The notes under the pieces were generated by a model that did no database searches, was not told the DNA's origin, and saw nothing but the letters and a program-made list of their open reading frames with translations. The position numbers were made by a program, and so were the translations under genes. Positions 38,575 through 48,823 of a stretch of 64,000 nt of DNA are shown piece by piece; position 1 is the stretch's first letter; each line of letters opens with the position of its first letter. The stretch is from an uncultured Clostridia bacterium (GTDB taxonomy: Bacteria > Bacillota > Clostridia > UMGS1883): contig CANQRB010000006.1 in the NCBI GenBank assembly GCA_947626145.1, forward strand, positions 11-64,010, in the 5' to 3' direction.

Positions 38575-39468
38575 TTAAAATTTTTTTGGATTGTATCTCA
38601 GCAGCTCAAGATCAAGTGTTCCGCCGGCGTCCTCGCCGATATTGTCCGTGATGAGCGTCTTGAAGCACTTGAGCTTGTAGTCCAGCCGTTCCACGGCCCC
38701 GAGCCGCACCTTCAGCCGCCCCCGGTAAACGAGGATCACATTGTCATAGACAGACATATCTATGGCCGTGAAGCCCCGGCACAGCTCGTCCCCCATAAAG
38801 TCGGAGAGAATGAGCGCCAGCTTTTCGCCCTTTACTTCGTCGTCGAAATCTATGGGCCGGCCCACGCTGTACTTAAATCCGCCCATGCCCCGAACCACGG
38901 TTTTTCCCGTTTGAACGGCGGGAGCGGCCGCCGAGGTGTCTTCGCCGTCCTCAACGCCGCTTTCGTCCTCTGCTCCGTCATCTTCACTGTCCCCGCCGTC
39001 TTTCTCCTCCGTGACGGAAGGCGCGGGAGCGGAACCCGCGGCCAGAACAGAAGCGGCGGCGCTGCCGGCCTCGGCCACGTCAACCACCTTTCCGTCGGCG
39101 GTTATCCCCACGAAAGTCCCTTCCTGCTCCACATACACCAGAGGAGTGCCCTCGGTGACCGCGATCCGGACGGTGGAGGGAAGGCTGCGGCGAACCTTGA
39201 CGGTGTCGATGCCCTCCATGGACGTGAGCCTGTCGCCGACGGCCCTCAAACTTACCTGAAAAATGTTGGTGCCGGTGACGATGCCGCTGTTTTTCACTAT
39301 ATCTTCGGAGGCGAGGGTCCGGTTGCCGGTGACGGTGACCGTCTGAACATCGAAGATCGGGGTCAGCAGCAGGGCCAGACAGCCGGCGGCTATGAGGCAG
39401 AAGGCCGTAACCCCTATGGATATTCCTTTTTTCAGTCCGCGCCGCCGTCTTTTTTTCACGGTATTCAT
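38575..39468 (-). CDS. ftsQ: Cell division protein FtsQ/DivIB (POTRA domain)
   Basis: 297 aa. N-terminal TM helix, POTRA-like region, an acidic low-complexity insert, and its dcw cluster position. Confidence 0.8.
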   Translation of the reverse strand: MNTVKKRRRRGLKKGISIGVTAFCLIAAGCLALLLTPIFDVQTVTVTGNRTLASEDIVKNSGIVTGTNIFQVSLRAVGDRLTSMEGIDTVKVRRSLPSTVRIAVTEGTPLVYVEQEGTFVGITADGKVVDVAEAGSAAASVLAAGSAPAPSVTEEKDGGDSEDDGAEDESGVEDGEDTSAAAPAVQTGKTVVRGMGGFKYSVGRPIDFDDEVKGEKLALILSDFMGDELCRGFTAIDMSVYDNVILVYRGRLKVRLGAVERLDYKLKCFKTLITDNIGEDAGGTLDLELLRYNPKKF

Positions 39469-39535
39469 CCCTTTCGGTAAATTCTGATGTGAAGCTTATT
39501 GCCGGTGCCGCTCCGCCGGTATTTCCATAATCAAC

Positions 39536-40780
39536 TCAACGATCCTCACTGACAATATCCGCCCCGACGGATGCCAGCTCACCGGCCAGATCCCGATAGC
39601 CGCGGGCTATAAATCCGGTGCCGGAGACCCGGCTCTCGCCCTCGGCTCCCAGAGCGGCAATAACCAGCGCCGCCCCGCCACGCAGATCCATGGCTCTGAG
39701 TCCCGCGCCATGAAGCTCGCCGCCCCGAACCAGAGCCCTCCGGCCGGAGCAGTATATTTCCGCCCCCATGCGCCGCAGCTCCGGCACGGTCTTGAAGCGG
39801 CTTTCAAAGATGTTTTCTATCATTATCGCCGGCTCCGCCGAGCAGGCCATGACGGCCATCACCTGCGACTGGCAGTCGGTGGGGAAGCCCGGATAGACCC
39901 CCGTCCGCACCGTGCCGCAGGAACGGACCGACTTCGGCGCCCGTATATCCACCCGTCCGGAGGCCCAGCTTATCTCGGCGCCGCAGCGTGTCAGCACCCG
40001 CTCCACCTCGCCGAGGTGGGGGCGGACGGCGTTCTCTATCTCCAGCCGACCGCCGGCGGCCATGACAGCGCACATATAGGTGGCGGCCACGATGCGGTCG
40101 GGCATGACCGTATATTCACAGCCGCCCAGCTGCCCGACGCCCTCTATTATTATCATGTCGCCTCCGGCGCCGTGTATCTTCGCGCCCATGGCGGAGAGAA
40201 AGCGGCAGAGGTCGCATATTTCCGGCTCGCGGGCGGCATTGGTGAGGACGGTGCTTCCGGGGGCGGTGACCGCCGCAAGAATAACGTTTTCGGTGGCGCC
40301 CACGCTGGGGAAGTCCAGCTGAACCTCGGCGCCGTGGGGGCGGCCCTGAGCATATATCATCTCGCCGTCAGTTTCCACGTCCACTCCCATGGCCTTCAGG
40401 GCCCGAATGTGAATGTCTATGGGGCGGCGGCCCAGTCTGCACCCGCCGGGAGCGGGCAGGACGGCCCGTCCGAAACGGCCCGCCAGCGCCCCAAGGAAGT
40501 TGACGGAGCTGCGCATATCTCCACCGGCCTCCACCGTCCAGAGATCGGCGCCGGCGGGGTTTATTAAAATTTCCTCCCCGTCAAAGGCGGTCTTGCAGCC
40601 CAGACGGCGGAGTATGTCGAGCGTATAGCTCACGTCGGTAAGGCGCGGACAGTTTTTCAGCAGCACTGTCCCTCCGCTGAGGACGCATCCAGCCAATATG
40701 GGCAGCACGGCGTTTTTGGCGCCGTAAACCTTCAGTTTTCCGTCAAGGGGATTTTTGCCGCGCACTATGTAGTCGCCCAT
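39536..40780 (-). CDS. murA: UDP-N-acetylglucosamine 1-carboxyvinyltransferase
   Basis: 414 aa from ATG 40780, with SD GGAGGTG 7 nt upstream. EPSP-synthase-like fold; motifs GAKNAVLPILA and LGRRPID. Confidence 0.92.
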   Translation of the reverse strand: MGDYIVRGKNPLDGKLKVYGAKNAVLPILAGCVLSGGTVLLKNCPRLTDVSYTLDILRRLGCKTAFDGEEILINPAGADLWTVEAGGDMRSSVNFLGALAGRFGRAVLPAPGGCRLGRRPIDIHIRALKAMGVDVETDGEMIYAQGRPHGAEVQLDFPSVGATENVILAAVTAPGSTVLTNAAREPEICDLCRFLSAMGAKIHGAGGDMIIIEGVGQLGGCEYTVMPDRIVAATYMCAVMAAGGRLEIENAVRPHLGEVERVLTRCGAEISWASGRVDIRAPKSVRSCGTVRTGVYPGFPTDCQSQVMAVMACSAEPAIMIENIFESRFKTVPELRRMGAEIYCSGRRALVRGGELHGAGLRAMDLRGGAALVIAALGAEGESRVSGTGFIARGYRDLAGELASVGADIVSEDR

Positions 40781-40904
40781 TCCCGCACCTCCACGCATAA
40801 TCATACATTATACTATGCGGGGAACGGGCGATGTGTTATCGGCTGAGGGTCAGGCGCGATGGATATAACAATCAAATTTCGCCGTACAGTTCAGGCTTCA
40901 TCTC

Positions 40905-42011
40905 TCACTTTTTCGGGCCTCGTTGATCAACCAGCTTCCTCAGCTCTCTGTATATCGTTTCTCCACCGTCGGTAATGCCGATTTTCCTGCTGCATTCACG
41001 CATCCGCTCGAGGCCGGCGGGATCGGCCACACAGCTTTCCACGGTCTTTTTCAGCGACGCGCCGCCGAGCTCGCTCTCCAGCAGGACTTTTGCGGCCCCG
41101 TTCTTCTCCAGATAGCGGGCGTTATACTCCTGATGGTTGTGGGCCACGTAGGGACTGGGCACCAGCACGGCGGCCTTGCCAAGGGCGTTTATCTCGCTGA
41201 CGGTTATTGCTCCCGCCCGACAGACCGCCAGGTCGGCCAGAGCGAACATCTCGTTCATGTTGTATATGTAGGGAAGTATCTTCACGTTGGGGCCCAAATT
41301 GGCGTCCTTCAAGGCGTCCGTCACGCCCTGATAGTGCTTTTCGCCGGTGGCAGCCACGAGGTTGAAGCTCAGGGGGCCGGATTTTACCATCTCCACAAGG
41401 GCGTCGTTGAGCCTTTCCGCGCCAAGGCTGCCGCCAAACATCAGCACCACCGGCCGGCCGTCGAAGCCCAGCTCCGCCCGAAGCGGGGCCGTGTCCACAG
41501 GCTCAAAAAGGCCGGGACGCAGGGGGTTGCCGGTGAGAACCATCTTTTTCGCCGCCATCATCTGACGGGTCTCGTCAAAGCTGATGGCGGTGACGTCGGC
41601 TTTTTTCGCCAGCATTTTTATGGCCAGACCGGGGAACACGTTCTGCTCATGTATCAGGGTGGGGATATGCCGCTTGAAGGCGGCTTTTATCACCGGAGCG
41701 CAGACATAGCCGCCGGTGCCCGCCACCGCGTCGGGACGGAATTCGTCGATCATCCGGCCCGCCTCATGTATGGAGGTGAAGTAGTTCACCGCCACCTTGA
41801 TATTTTCCAGAGTGAGCCTGCGGCGCAGGCCCATTACCTCAACGGACTTTATCTCAAAGCCCTCCCGGGGCACAAGACGCTGCTCCATGCCGTTGGGGGT
41901 GCCCACAAAAAGTATCTCACTGTCGGGCTCGTGGGCCATCACCACCTTGGCGATGGCGAGGGCGGGATTTATGTGTCCGGCCGTTCCGCCGCCGGAAAGG
42001 AGAAGTTTCAT
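40905..42011 (-). CDS. murG: Undecaprenyldiphospho-muramoylpentapeptide beta-N-acetylglucosaminyltransferase
   Basis: 368 aa; LSGGGTAGHINPALA N-terminus. Confidence 0.96.
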   Translation of the reverse strand: MKLLLSGGGTAGHINPALAIAKVVMAHEPDSEILFVGTPNGMEQRLVPREGFEIKSVEVMGLRRRLTLENIKVAVNYFTSIHEAGRMIDEFRPDAVAGTGGYVCAPVIKAAFKRHIPTLIHEQNVFPGLAIKMLAKKADVTAISFDETRQMMAAKKMVLTGNPLRPGLFEPVDTAPLRAELGFDGRPVVLMFGGSLGAERLNDALVEMVKSGPLSFNLVAATGEKHYQGVTDALKDANLGPNVKILPYIYNMNEMFALADLAVCRAGAITVSEINALGKAAVLVPSPYVAHNHQEYNARYLEKNGAAKVLLESELGGASLKKTVESCVADPAGLERMRECSRKIGITDGGETIYRELRKLVDQRGPKK

Positions 42012-42066
42012 TTTGCCATACCACCTTTTTTGAGTCGGGAGCGATCCGTTCCTGATTGCCCCTTTG

Positions 42067-43251
42067 TCATATCTTGTTCTGAGTGCTCGACCTCGAAATG
42101 TTCATCAGTATGCCGAGGCCGTACATCATGATTATCAGCGAGGTGCCGCCGGAGCTGAAGAAAGGCAGCTGCATTCCCGTGGAGGGAAGGACGGACAGCA
42201 CCACGCCCACGTTGACCAGCACCTGAAGGGCCACTATGGTAACGATGCCGAAGCCCAGATATACGCCGAAATTGTCCCTCGCGGCAAAGGATATCTGCAT
42301 ACCTCTGACGACCAGCGCCGCAAAGAGCAGCAGCACGAAAATTCCGCCCACAAAGCCCAGCTCCTCGCAGACTATGGCGTAAATGTAGTCGTTGAGGGCC
42401 TCGGGCAAATAGCCGTACTTCTGGCGGGACTGACCGAAGCCCACGCCCAGAAGGCCGCCGCTGCCAACGGCGTACAGGGAATTGACTATCTGCCAGCCAT
42501 CGCCCCGTACGTCTGAAAAGGGGTCGAGGAAAATGAGCAGCCGCCTCAGGCGGTAGGGCTCCAGCACGGCCAGAGCGACGCCGACGCCCGCAACCATAGT
42601 GCCCATGCCTATAATCCAGCCCTTGGGCAGTCCCGCCACAAAGAGCATTATAAAGCCCACCATCAGTATGAGCAGCATGGCGGACAAATGGCTCTGGAAA
42701 AAGCAGGCCAGGGCGATGCAGCCCAAAACTGCAAAATATCGAAACACATTTTTAACCTGAGTCAGGTCGCTGTTCTTTTTGCCGGACAGCAGTGCGGCCA
42801 AATATATGACAAGGGCGAACTTGCACAGCTCGGAGGGCTGGAGATTGATGGGGCCTATCTCTATCTGGCGGGTGGCCCCGTGGGAGGCCATGCCCCAGAT
42901 GGGAACGGCGAACATGAGAATTATCGCGACGGCAAATATCGGAATATAATGCCGTTTGTACACATGGTAATCCAGACGGGAGGCGAAAAACATACCCGCC
43001 AGCCCCAGAACGGCCAGCGCCGCCTGACGGGCGATTATGGAATAAATATGCTCGCGGCTGGTGTTCTGGCTGGCGGAGAAGAGCATTATAAGCCCGAAGC
43101 ACAGCAGCCCGATCACCAGCGCAAAAAGCATGAAGTCCACCCGCTGGTTCCGCTTCACCTTAAAAATAAAGTTTTTCCTGAACGATCGGGCGGCTCTCGC
43201 CGGAGCCGGCAGAGAGTCGGAACGGTTCAGGGCCCTTCTCGCTTCCATCAT
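42067..43251 (-). CDS. ftsW: FtsW/SpoVE (SEDS family) peptidoglycan glycosyltransferase
   Basis: 394 aa, 10-TM SEDS sequence, between mraY and murG. Confidence 0.93.
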   Translation of the reverse strand: MMEARRALNRSDSLPAPARAARSFRKNFIFKVKRNQRVDFMLFALVIGLLCFGLIMLFSASQNTSREHIYSIIARQAALAVLGLAGMFFASRLDYHVYKRHYIPIFAVAIILMFAVPIWGMASHGATRQIEIGPINLQPSELCKFALVIYLAALLSGKKNSDLTQVKNVFRYFAVLGCIALACFFQSHLSAMLLILMVGFIMLFVAGLPKGWIIGMGTMVAGVGVALAVLEPYRLRRLLIFLDPFSDVRGDGWQIVNSLYAVGSGGLLGVGFGQSRQKYGYLPEALNDYIYAIVCEELGFVGGIFVLLLFAALVVRGMQISFAARDNFGVYLGFGIVTIVALQVLVNVGVVLSVLPSTGMQLPFFSSGGTSLIIMMYGLGILMNISRSSTQNKI

Positions 43252-43260
43252 GTTTCCTCC

Positions 43261-44208
43261 TTAAAGTCCCAGATACGCGACGGCGGCCAAAACGGCGGTC
43301 ACCGCGGTGAACAGAAATACTATGGCCGGTTCTTTCCAGCCGCACATCTCAAAGTGGTGGTGTACGGGAGTCATTTTGAACACCCGTTTGCCGGTCTTTT
43401 TAAACACCGTGACCTGAATTATTACGCTGAGGGTCTCGAACAGGAACACAAAGCCCGTTATTATCAGGAAAAGCTCCAGTCCCGAGGCCGCCGCCGCACA
43501 GCTCAGGGCTCCGCCGAGGAAAAGGCTGCCCGTGTCGCCCATGAAAATGCGGGCGGGATAAAAATTGTAGATGAGAAAGCCCAGACAGGCTCCCACCACG
43601 GCGAACATAAAGGCCGCGCAGTCCGTCTCGCCTCTGACGAGGCAGGCCACGGTGAAGAACAGAGCCGCCGCCGTGGTCACCGAGGCGGCAAGGCCGTCCA
43701 GACCGTCGGTGAGGTTGACGCTGTTGGTGGTGGCCAGCAGCACCAGCATAACAAAGGGTATGTACAGCAGGCCCATATTCAGCTCAATACCGGCGAACGG
43801 CACCAGCGTGGAGCTCCGACCCCCGACAAAATAGAGAAAAAGGGCGAAGGCCAGGCTCACCACCGTTTGGCAGCCGAACTTTTGAACGGGCGTGAAGCCC
43901 TGATTGTGCTTCTTTACAACCTTGATGTAGTCGTCAACAAAGCCGATGAGGCCGAAAAGTACCGCTCCGGCTATGACCGCCATGGCCTTAAGGCTGTGGG
44001 CCGACACAAGACCGCCCACGGCGGAGGCCAGTATCATGGCCATTCCGCCCATGGTGGGAGTGCCCTGCTTTTTGGCGTGCCATGTGGGGCCGTCCTCAAG
44101 TATGCTCTGACCGAATTTCAGCCGATGCAGAAAGGGAATGAGCGGAGGTACCGCCACAGCCGTTATGACAAGGCCTATGGCCCCGGAAATCAAAAGCATA
44201 TAATCCAT
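43261..44208 (-). CDS. mraY: Phospho-N-acetylmuramoyl-pentapeptide-transferase
   Basis: 315 aa; motifs NLTDGLDGLA and GDTGSLFLGG. Confidence 0.97.
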   Translation of the reverse strand: MDYMLLISGAIGLVITAVAVPPLIPFLHRLKFGQSILEDGPTWHAKKQGTPTMGGMAMILASAVGGLVSAHSLKAMAVIAGAVLFGLIGFVDDYIKVVKKHNQGFTPVQKFGCQTVVSLAFALFLYFVGGRSSTLVPFAGIELNMGLLYIPFVMLVLLATTNSVNLTDGLDGLAASVTTAAALFFTVACLVRGETDCAAFMFAVVGACLGFLIYNFYPARIFMGDTGSLFLGGALSCAAAASGLELFLIITGFVFLFETLSVIIQVTVFKKTGKRVFKMTPVHHHFEMCGWKEPAIVFLFTAVTAVLAAVAYLGL

Positions 44209-44228
44209 CTTATGTGCCTCCCATGCGG

Positions 44229-45644
44229 TTATTTCATTTCATTTTCTATTTCGGCCACAAGCTCCCTCTCATCCATATGGAGCTTTTCCCGGCCCACTAT
44301 CTGGTATGTTTCGTGACCCTTGCCGGCCAGCAGCACCGTGCCGCCGCCGGACGCCGACCTGAGCGCCAGCCCTATGGCGGCTCTCCTGTCCGGCTCCACA
44401 ACGGCGTTTTTGCCATTGATGCCGGCGAGGATATCATCGATTATGGCCATTGGCTCCTCTGTACGGGGATTGTCGCTGGTGACCACGCAGAGATCCGACA
44501 GGGTCGAGGCTATCTCCCCCATCATGGGGCGTTTGGACTTATCTCTGTCGCCGCCGCAGCCAAAGACGGTGACGATCGGCTCCGGCGCAAATTCCCGCAG
44601 AGCCCGAAGCACCTTCTCCAGCCCGTCGGGGGTGTGGGCGTAGTCTATATAAACGTTGTATTTACCTTTTGTTTTCAGCTTTTCAAGTCTGCCGGGGACG
44701 CTCTGGAACAGGTTCAGGCCCCGAAGTATGCTTTTTTCCGGTATGCCCAGTCCCAGAGCCCCGCAAGCGGCGGCCAAACCGTTATATACGCTGAACCGTC
44801 CGCCCGGCGGCAGATGCACCTGTCCCAGGGGGCAGGTAAATTCCACTCCCTCGGGGGTGAGGACGATGTCCCGGGCGCGGAACTCCCCTTTTTCAATGCC
44901 GTAGGTGACCGTTTCACCTCCGGCACGGCCGAGAAAATACTCCGCCCGGGGGTCGTCGGCGTTCACCGCCGAAAAGCGGCTGTTTTCCATGAGTCCGCCC
45001 TTGGCCCGGGCGTAAGCGTCCATGGTTTTATGAAAGTCAAGATGATCCCGTGTCAGATTGGTAAAGACACCGGCGTCGAAGGTCAGCCCATGCACCCGTT
45101 CGGTGGCCAGAGCGTGGCTGGACACCTCCATTACGCATAGGCGGTCGCCGCTGTCGGCCATTTCGCGGAAGAGGGGGTACAGCTCCTCCGGGCCGGGAGT
45201 GGTACGCTCCGAGGGAGCGCTCCTGCCTCCGGCCACGGTGTTCACCGTGCCTATCAGGCCGCAGCCCAGACCGGCGGACACGGCGGCGGAGCGTATCATC
45301 GCCGTGACGGTGGTTTTCCCATTGGTGCCGGTGACGCCGCAGAGCTTCAGCTTTTCCTGGGGTCGGCCCCAGAACAGGCTTTGGGCCAGAGCGTGAGCCC
45401 GTCTGGAATTATCCGTCCGGACATAACCGGCCGCATTCAGCGCCTCCTGACCCACCGCCGCGGCTGCCCCCTTTTCCAGAGCCAGTGAAACAAAGCGGTG
45501 GCCGTCGGTCTCCTCCCCGTTTATGGCGAAGAACAGACTGTCCTTTTTTACTTTATCCGTGGAGCACGTCACTCCGGTCAGCTCCCTGTCCGGGAGACCG
45601 TCGGAGTTTATCATAAGCAGCCTCAGCATTTCGTAAAGCCGCAA
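44229..45644 (-). CDS. murE: UDP-N-acetylmuramoyl-L-alanyl-D-glutamate--2,6-diaminopimelate ligase
   Basis: 471 aa; P-loop GVTGTNGKTT; the DNPR motif (SDNPRTEEP) is typical of meso-DAP-adding MurE. Confidence 0.93.
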   Translation of the reverse strand: MRLYEMLRLLMINSDGLPDRELTGVTCSTDKVKKDSLFFAINGEETDGHRFVSLALEKGAAAAVGQEALNAAGYVRTDNSRRAHALAQSLFWGRPQEKLKLCGVTGTNGKTTVTAMIRSAAVSAGLGCGLIGTVNTVAGGRSAPSERTTPGPEELYPLFREMADSGDRLCVMEVSSHALATERVHGLTFDAGVFTNLTRDHLDFHKTMDAYARAKGGLMENSRFSAVNADDPRAEYFLGRAGGETVTYGIEKGEFRARDIVLTPEGVEFTCPLGQVHLPPGGRFSVYNGLAAACGALGLGIPEKSILRGLNLFQSVPGRLEKLKTKGKYNVYIDYAHTPDGLEKVLRALREFAPEPIVTVFGCGGDRDKSKRPMMGEIASTLSDLCVVTSDNPRTEEPMAIIDDILAGINGKNAVVEPDRRAAIGLALRSASGGGTVLLAGKGHETYQIVGREKLHMDERELVAEIENEMK

Positions 45645-45699
45645 AAATTTTACTCCTTTCGGGAATTGCCTGTTTTGGGTTATTTAATTTTTCTTTTCA

Positions 45700-48057
45700 T
45701 CACTCGTCATTGACCCCGAAGGTCACGTACACTGTGCTGCCGTTTTGCACCACGGTGCCGGCCTCGGGCTGCTGGCTGACGGCAAGACTGCCCTCCTCCA
45801 GCTCCTCGGGCTGGATATTGCCCTCGATGGCGATGCTCAGTCCCGACTTTTCAAGGGCAGACTTGGCCTGACTGTAGCTTTTGCCGCTGACCGACGGCAC
45901 CGTAATATCTGCGTCGGAGCCCTCCGCCGCCTCGGTGTAGGCTATGACAAGACTGCCGCTGCTGAGCTCGGCGCCCTCGGCGGGTATCTGGCGGAGAACG
46001 GTTTCTCCGTCGCCCTTAAATGTAATTCTCAGGCCCTTTTCCTCGACCGCCGACGCGGCCTCCTCAGTGGTTTTGCCGGTGATGCCGGGAACGCTTATCT
46101 TTACGCTCTCGGCGTCCTCATCGCCGTACTGCGGCTCGTAGCCCAGATACTGCAAAGTTTCGGAGATTATGGCGCCGGCCACGGGAGCGGCGATGGTGCC
46201 GCCGTAGTTTGGCACGTCGTGGGGCTCGTCAAGTATGACAAGGCAGACTATGTCCGGATCGTTGGCCGGGGCGAAGCCCACGAAGGAAGCGACGTAAAGG
46301 CCGTTGCCGCGGGGATATTTTTCACTTGTGCCGGTCTTGCCGCCGATACGGTAGCCCTTGACGTAGGCCGCTTTGCCGCCGCCGTCGGTGACTACCTTTT
46401 CCAGTATCTCGCGCATGGTGGCGCTGGTCTCCTCGGAAATGACACGGCGGACGGTGACGGGGTCAACGGTTTCGGTTATGTTGCCCTCGCTGTCGGTGTA
46501 GGCCTTGACGATGTGGGGCTCCATCAGGTAGCCGCCGTTTACCACGGCGCTGACCGCCCTGATCATCTGAAGGGGAGTTACGGTGAAGGTCTGGCCGAAG
46601 GAGCTGGTGGCCAGCTCAACGGGGCCCAGATCCTCAAGGTCGTGATGGGAGCCCTTGGACTCGCCGGGAATGAGGAAGCCGGTCTTTTCCGTCAGGCCGA
46701 AGGCCCGGAAGTATTTGTCGAATTTTTCGGCGCCCAGCCGCGCCCCTACCTCCATGAAAACGGGGTTGCAGGAGTTCATGATGCCCTCCACAAAGGTCTC
46801 GGGTCCGTGGCCCTTCCTATCGGAGCAGTGGATTTCTCTGTCCTTGACGATCTTGGAGCCGGTGCAGACAAAGGTGTCGTCCAGCTTTACCACATCCTCC
46901 TCCAGAGCGGCGGAGGCGGTCACGGTCTTGAAGGTGGAGCCGGGTTCATAGGAGTCCACCACGGCCTTGTTGCGGTGCATCTTCACCACCATCTGACCGT
47001 AGGCGTCGTTGTAGGTCATTTCCTTTATGTCCTTATCGCCCTCCTCGGGCTCGCCGGCCTCTATGCGGGCCTGAGCCTCGGCGTATTTTCTGTTGTTGTC
47101 CGCCATCAGCTCATCCACCTGGGCCAGCAGGGTCTCGTCGGTTATGGTGTTGTAGTCGCCGAGATCGTAGGTGGGCATGACGGCCATGGCGTAGATCTCG
47201 CCGTTCTTGGGATTCATTACGATGCAGGCCGCGCCGTTGGTCAGGTTATTTTCCTCATAGGCCGTGCGCAGGTTGTTCTCCACTATCTGCTGTATAGTCT
47301 TGTCAACGGTGAGAATGACGTTGTTGCCGTCCTCGGCGGCTTCGTAAGTCTCGTACTGGAAAGGCATATCCCCGTTGGCGGCGCTTTTGGCCGAGCGCAC
47401 CCGGCCCGCCGTTCCGCTTAACTCGTCGTCAAGTATGTTTTCCAACCCCTCAAGGCCCTGACCGTCCTTGCCGCAGTAGCCCAGAAGCTGGGCCGCAAGA
47501 GAGCCGTTGGGATAGTAGCGCTTGGTGTCGCCCACGAACTCTATCCCCGGCAGGTCGGCCTCCCGAACCTTGTCGGCCACCGACTTCTCCACATTGGACT
47601 TGACCTCGATGGAGACACGGTCTGTTTTGGCCAGTTGATCTCTCACCCATTCCTCGGTCACATCCAGATTGGTGGTGAGGACGTTTACAACCTTTTCGCT
47701 CAGGTTAAGATTGGGGAATTCGCCCACAGGAGTATTATTTTCACGTGCCTCCTTCTCGGCGGCTGCCTTTTTCTCGCGGGCCTCGTCCTCAGTCTCCCTG
47801 ATGAGCTTGGGATTGAGATAGATACGCTCGGCGGTGCCGCTGGCGGCCAGTATATTCATGTTTCTGTCGTATATGCTCCCTCGCTTGGAGGCAATTTTCT
47901 GATCCCTTGTCTGGAGCGCCTCGGCTCCCGCCCGAAGCTCCGGGCCCTGAATAAACTGCCTCCAGGCCAGTGCGCCCGCCAGCAGCATAAACCCGGCCAT
48001 GAAAAGACTTAAAACGACGTTCATTCTCCTTTTTATGGACAATTTACCCTTACTCAT
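45700..48057 (-). CDS. Class B penicillin-binding protein (SpoVD/PBP2B type) with two PASTA domains
   Basis: 785 aa from ATG 48057, with SD AAGGAGG upstream. Motifs STFK, SCN and KTGT, plus two C-terminal PASTA repeats. Confidence 0.93.
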   Translation of the reverse strand: MSKGKLSIKRRMNVVLSLFMAGFMLLAGALAWRQFIQGPELRAGAEALQTRDQKIASKRGSIYDRNMNILAASGTAERIYLNPKLIRETEDEAREKKAAAEKEARENNTPVGEFPNLNLSEKVVNVLTTNLDVTEEWVRDQLAKTDRVSIEVKSNVEKSVADKVREADLPGIEFVGDTKRYYPNGSLAAQLLGYCGKDGQGLEGLENILDDELSGTAGRVRSAKSAANGDMPFQYETYEAAEDGNNVILTVDKTIQQIVENNLRTAYEENNLTNGAACIVMNPKNGEIYAMAVMPTYDLGDYNTITDETLLAQVDELMADNNRKYAEAQARIEAGEPEEGDKDIKEMTYNDAYGQMVVKMHRNKAVVDSYEPGSTFKTVTASAALEEDVVKLDDTFVCTGSKIVKDREIHCSDRKGHGPETFVEGIMNSCNPVFMEVGARLGAEKFDKYFRAFGLTEKTGFLIPGESKGSHHDLEDLGPVELATSSFGQTFTVTPLQMIRAVSAVVNGGYLMEPHIVKAYTDSEGNITETVDPVTVRRVISEETSATMREILEKVVTDGGGKAAYVKGYRIGGKTGTSEKYPRGNGLYVASFVGFAPANDPDIVCLVILDEPHDVPNYGGTIAAPVAGAIISETLQYLGYEPQYGDEDAESVKISVPGITGKTTEEAASAVEEKGLRITFKGDGETVLRQIPAEGAELSSGSLVIAYTEAAEGSDADITVPSVSGKSYSQAKSALEKSGLSIAIEGNIQPEELEEGSLAVSQQPEAGTVVQNGSTVYVTFGVNDE

Positions 48058-48315
48058 GACTGGCCTCCTTTCACAAACAACAAACGGAGAGTGAATTTTC
48101 ACTCTCCGCATCAGAACGCTGGCGCGTTCTCACGGGGTGAACCAATAAGCGGTTCCCCGCGTAACCCCTTTTTCCTCATCGGGCGCTTTCGCTTGCGGAA
48201 CATCGTTTTTGCGCTGACAAAAATGACGCCCCGACCCGATCAAGGTGCCAAAAGTCCGGTACACGCCCGGACTTTTGATGATTAAATGCGACCGTTATTA
48301 CATGATACAATTTCA

Positions 48316-48801
48316 TCAATAGAAATATTCCGCAATAGCCTTCACTTTATTGAAAAATGCGTGTATGCCCACGTTGCTGTCGTCCTCGGCCAGCACCCGA
48401 CCGCTGTCGGTGTCGTCAAGAGATATGTACACCACCTGATCCTTGCCAGCCTTGTACAGCCCCAGCTCCGCCGCCTGTTCCTCGGTGGCGGCCACAACGG
48501 CGGCTCCCTCGGTTTCCGAGGCAAGCTGCTCCACCTGGGCCTCAAGACTGCTGAGCTCCCGTTTCTGCTGACTGAGTATGCGGTAATTGGTGTTGAGGTT
48601 GGCCATGAGCACCAGAACTACCGCCGCCATGGCCGATACCGCGAATATACAGAGCATGATAACGGCCTTTCTCTGGCCGGTAAGCCCGCGTTTGCTGGCT
48701 TTGCGCCGGACGGGCCGCCGGGATCGGTGCTCCTGTCCGCCCTGGGGGACTTCTACTACTACTTCCTGCTGAAGGGCGCTCGAACCCCTGACTTCAAACA
48801 T
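48316..48801 (-). CDS. ftsL: FtsL-like cell division protein
   Basis: 161 aa. Basic N-terminus, a single TM helix, then a coiled coil (LSSLEAQVEQL). It lies between rsmH and the PBP gene. Confidence 0.75.
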   Translation of the reverse strand: MFEVRGSSALQQEVVVEVPQGGQEHRSRRPVRRKASKRGLTGQRKAVIMLCIFAVSAMAAVVLVLMANLNTNYRILSQQKRELSSLEAQVEQLASETEGAAVVAATEEQAAELGLYKAGKDQVVYISLDDTDSGRVLAEDDSNVGIHAFFNKVKAIAEYFY

Positions 48802-48823
48802 ATACTCAACCCCTGATTCAGTG

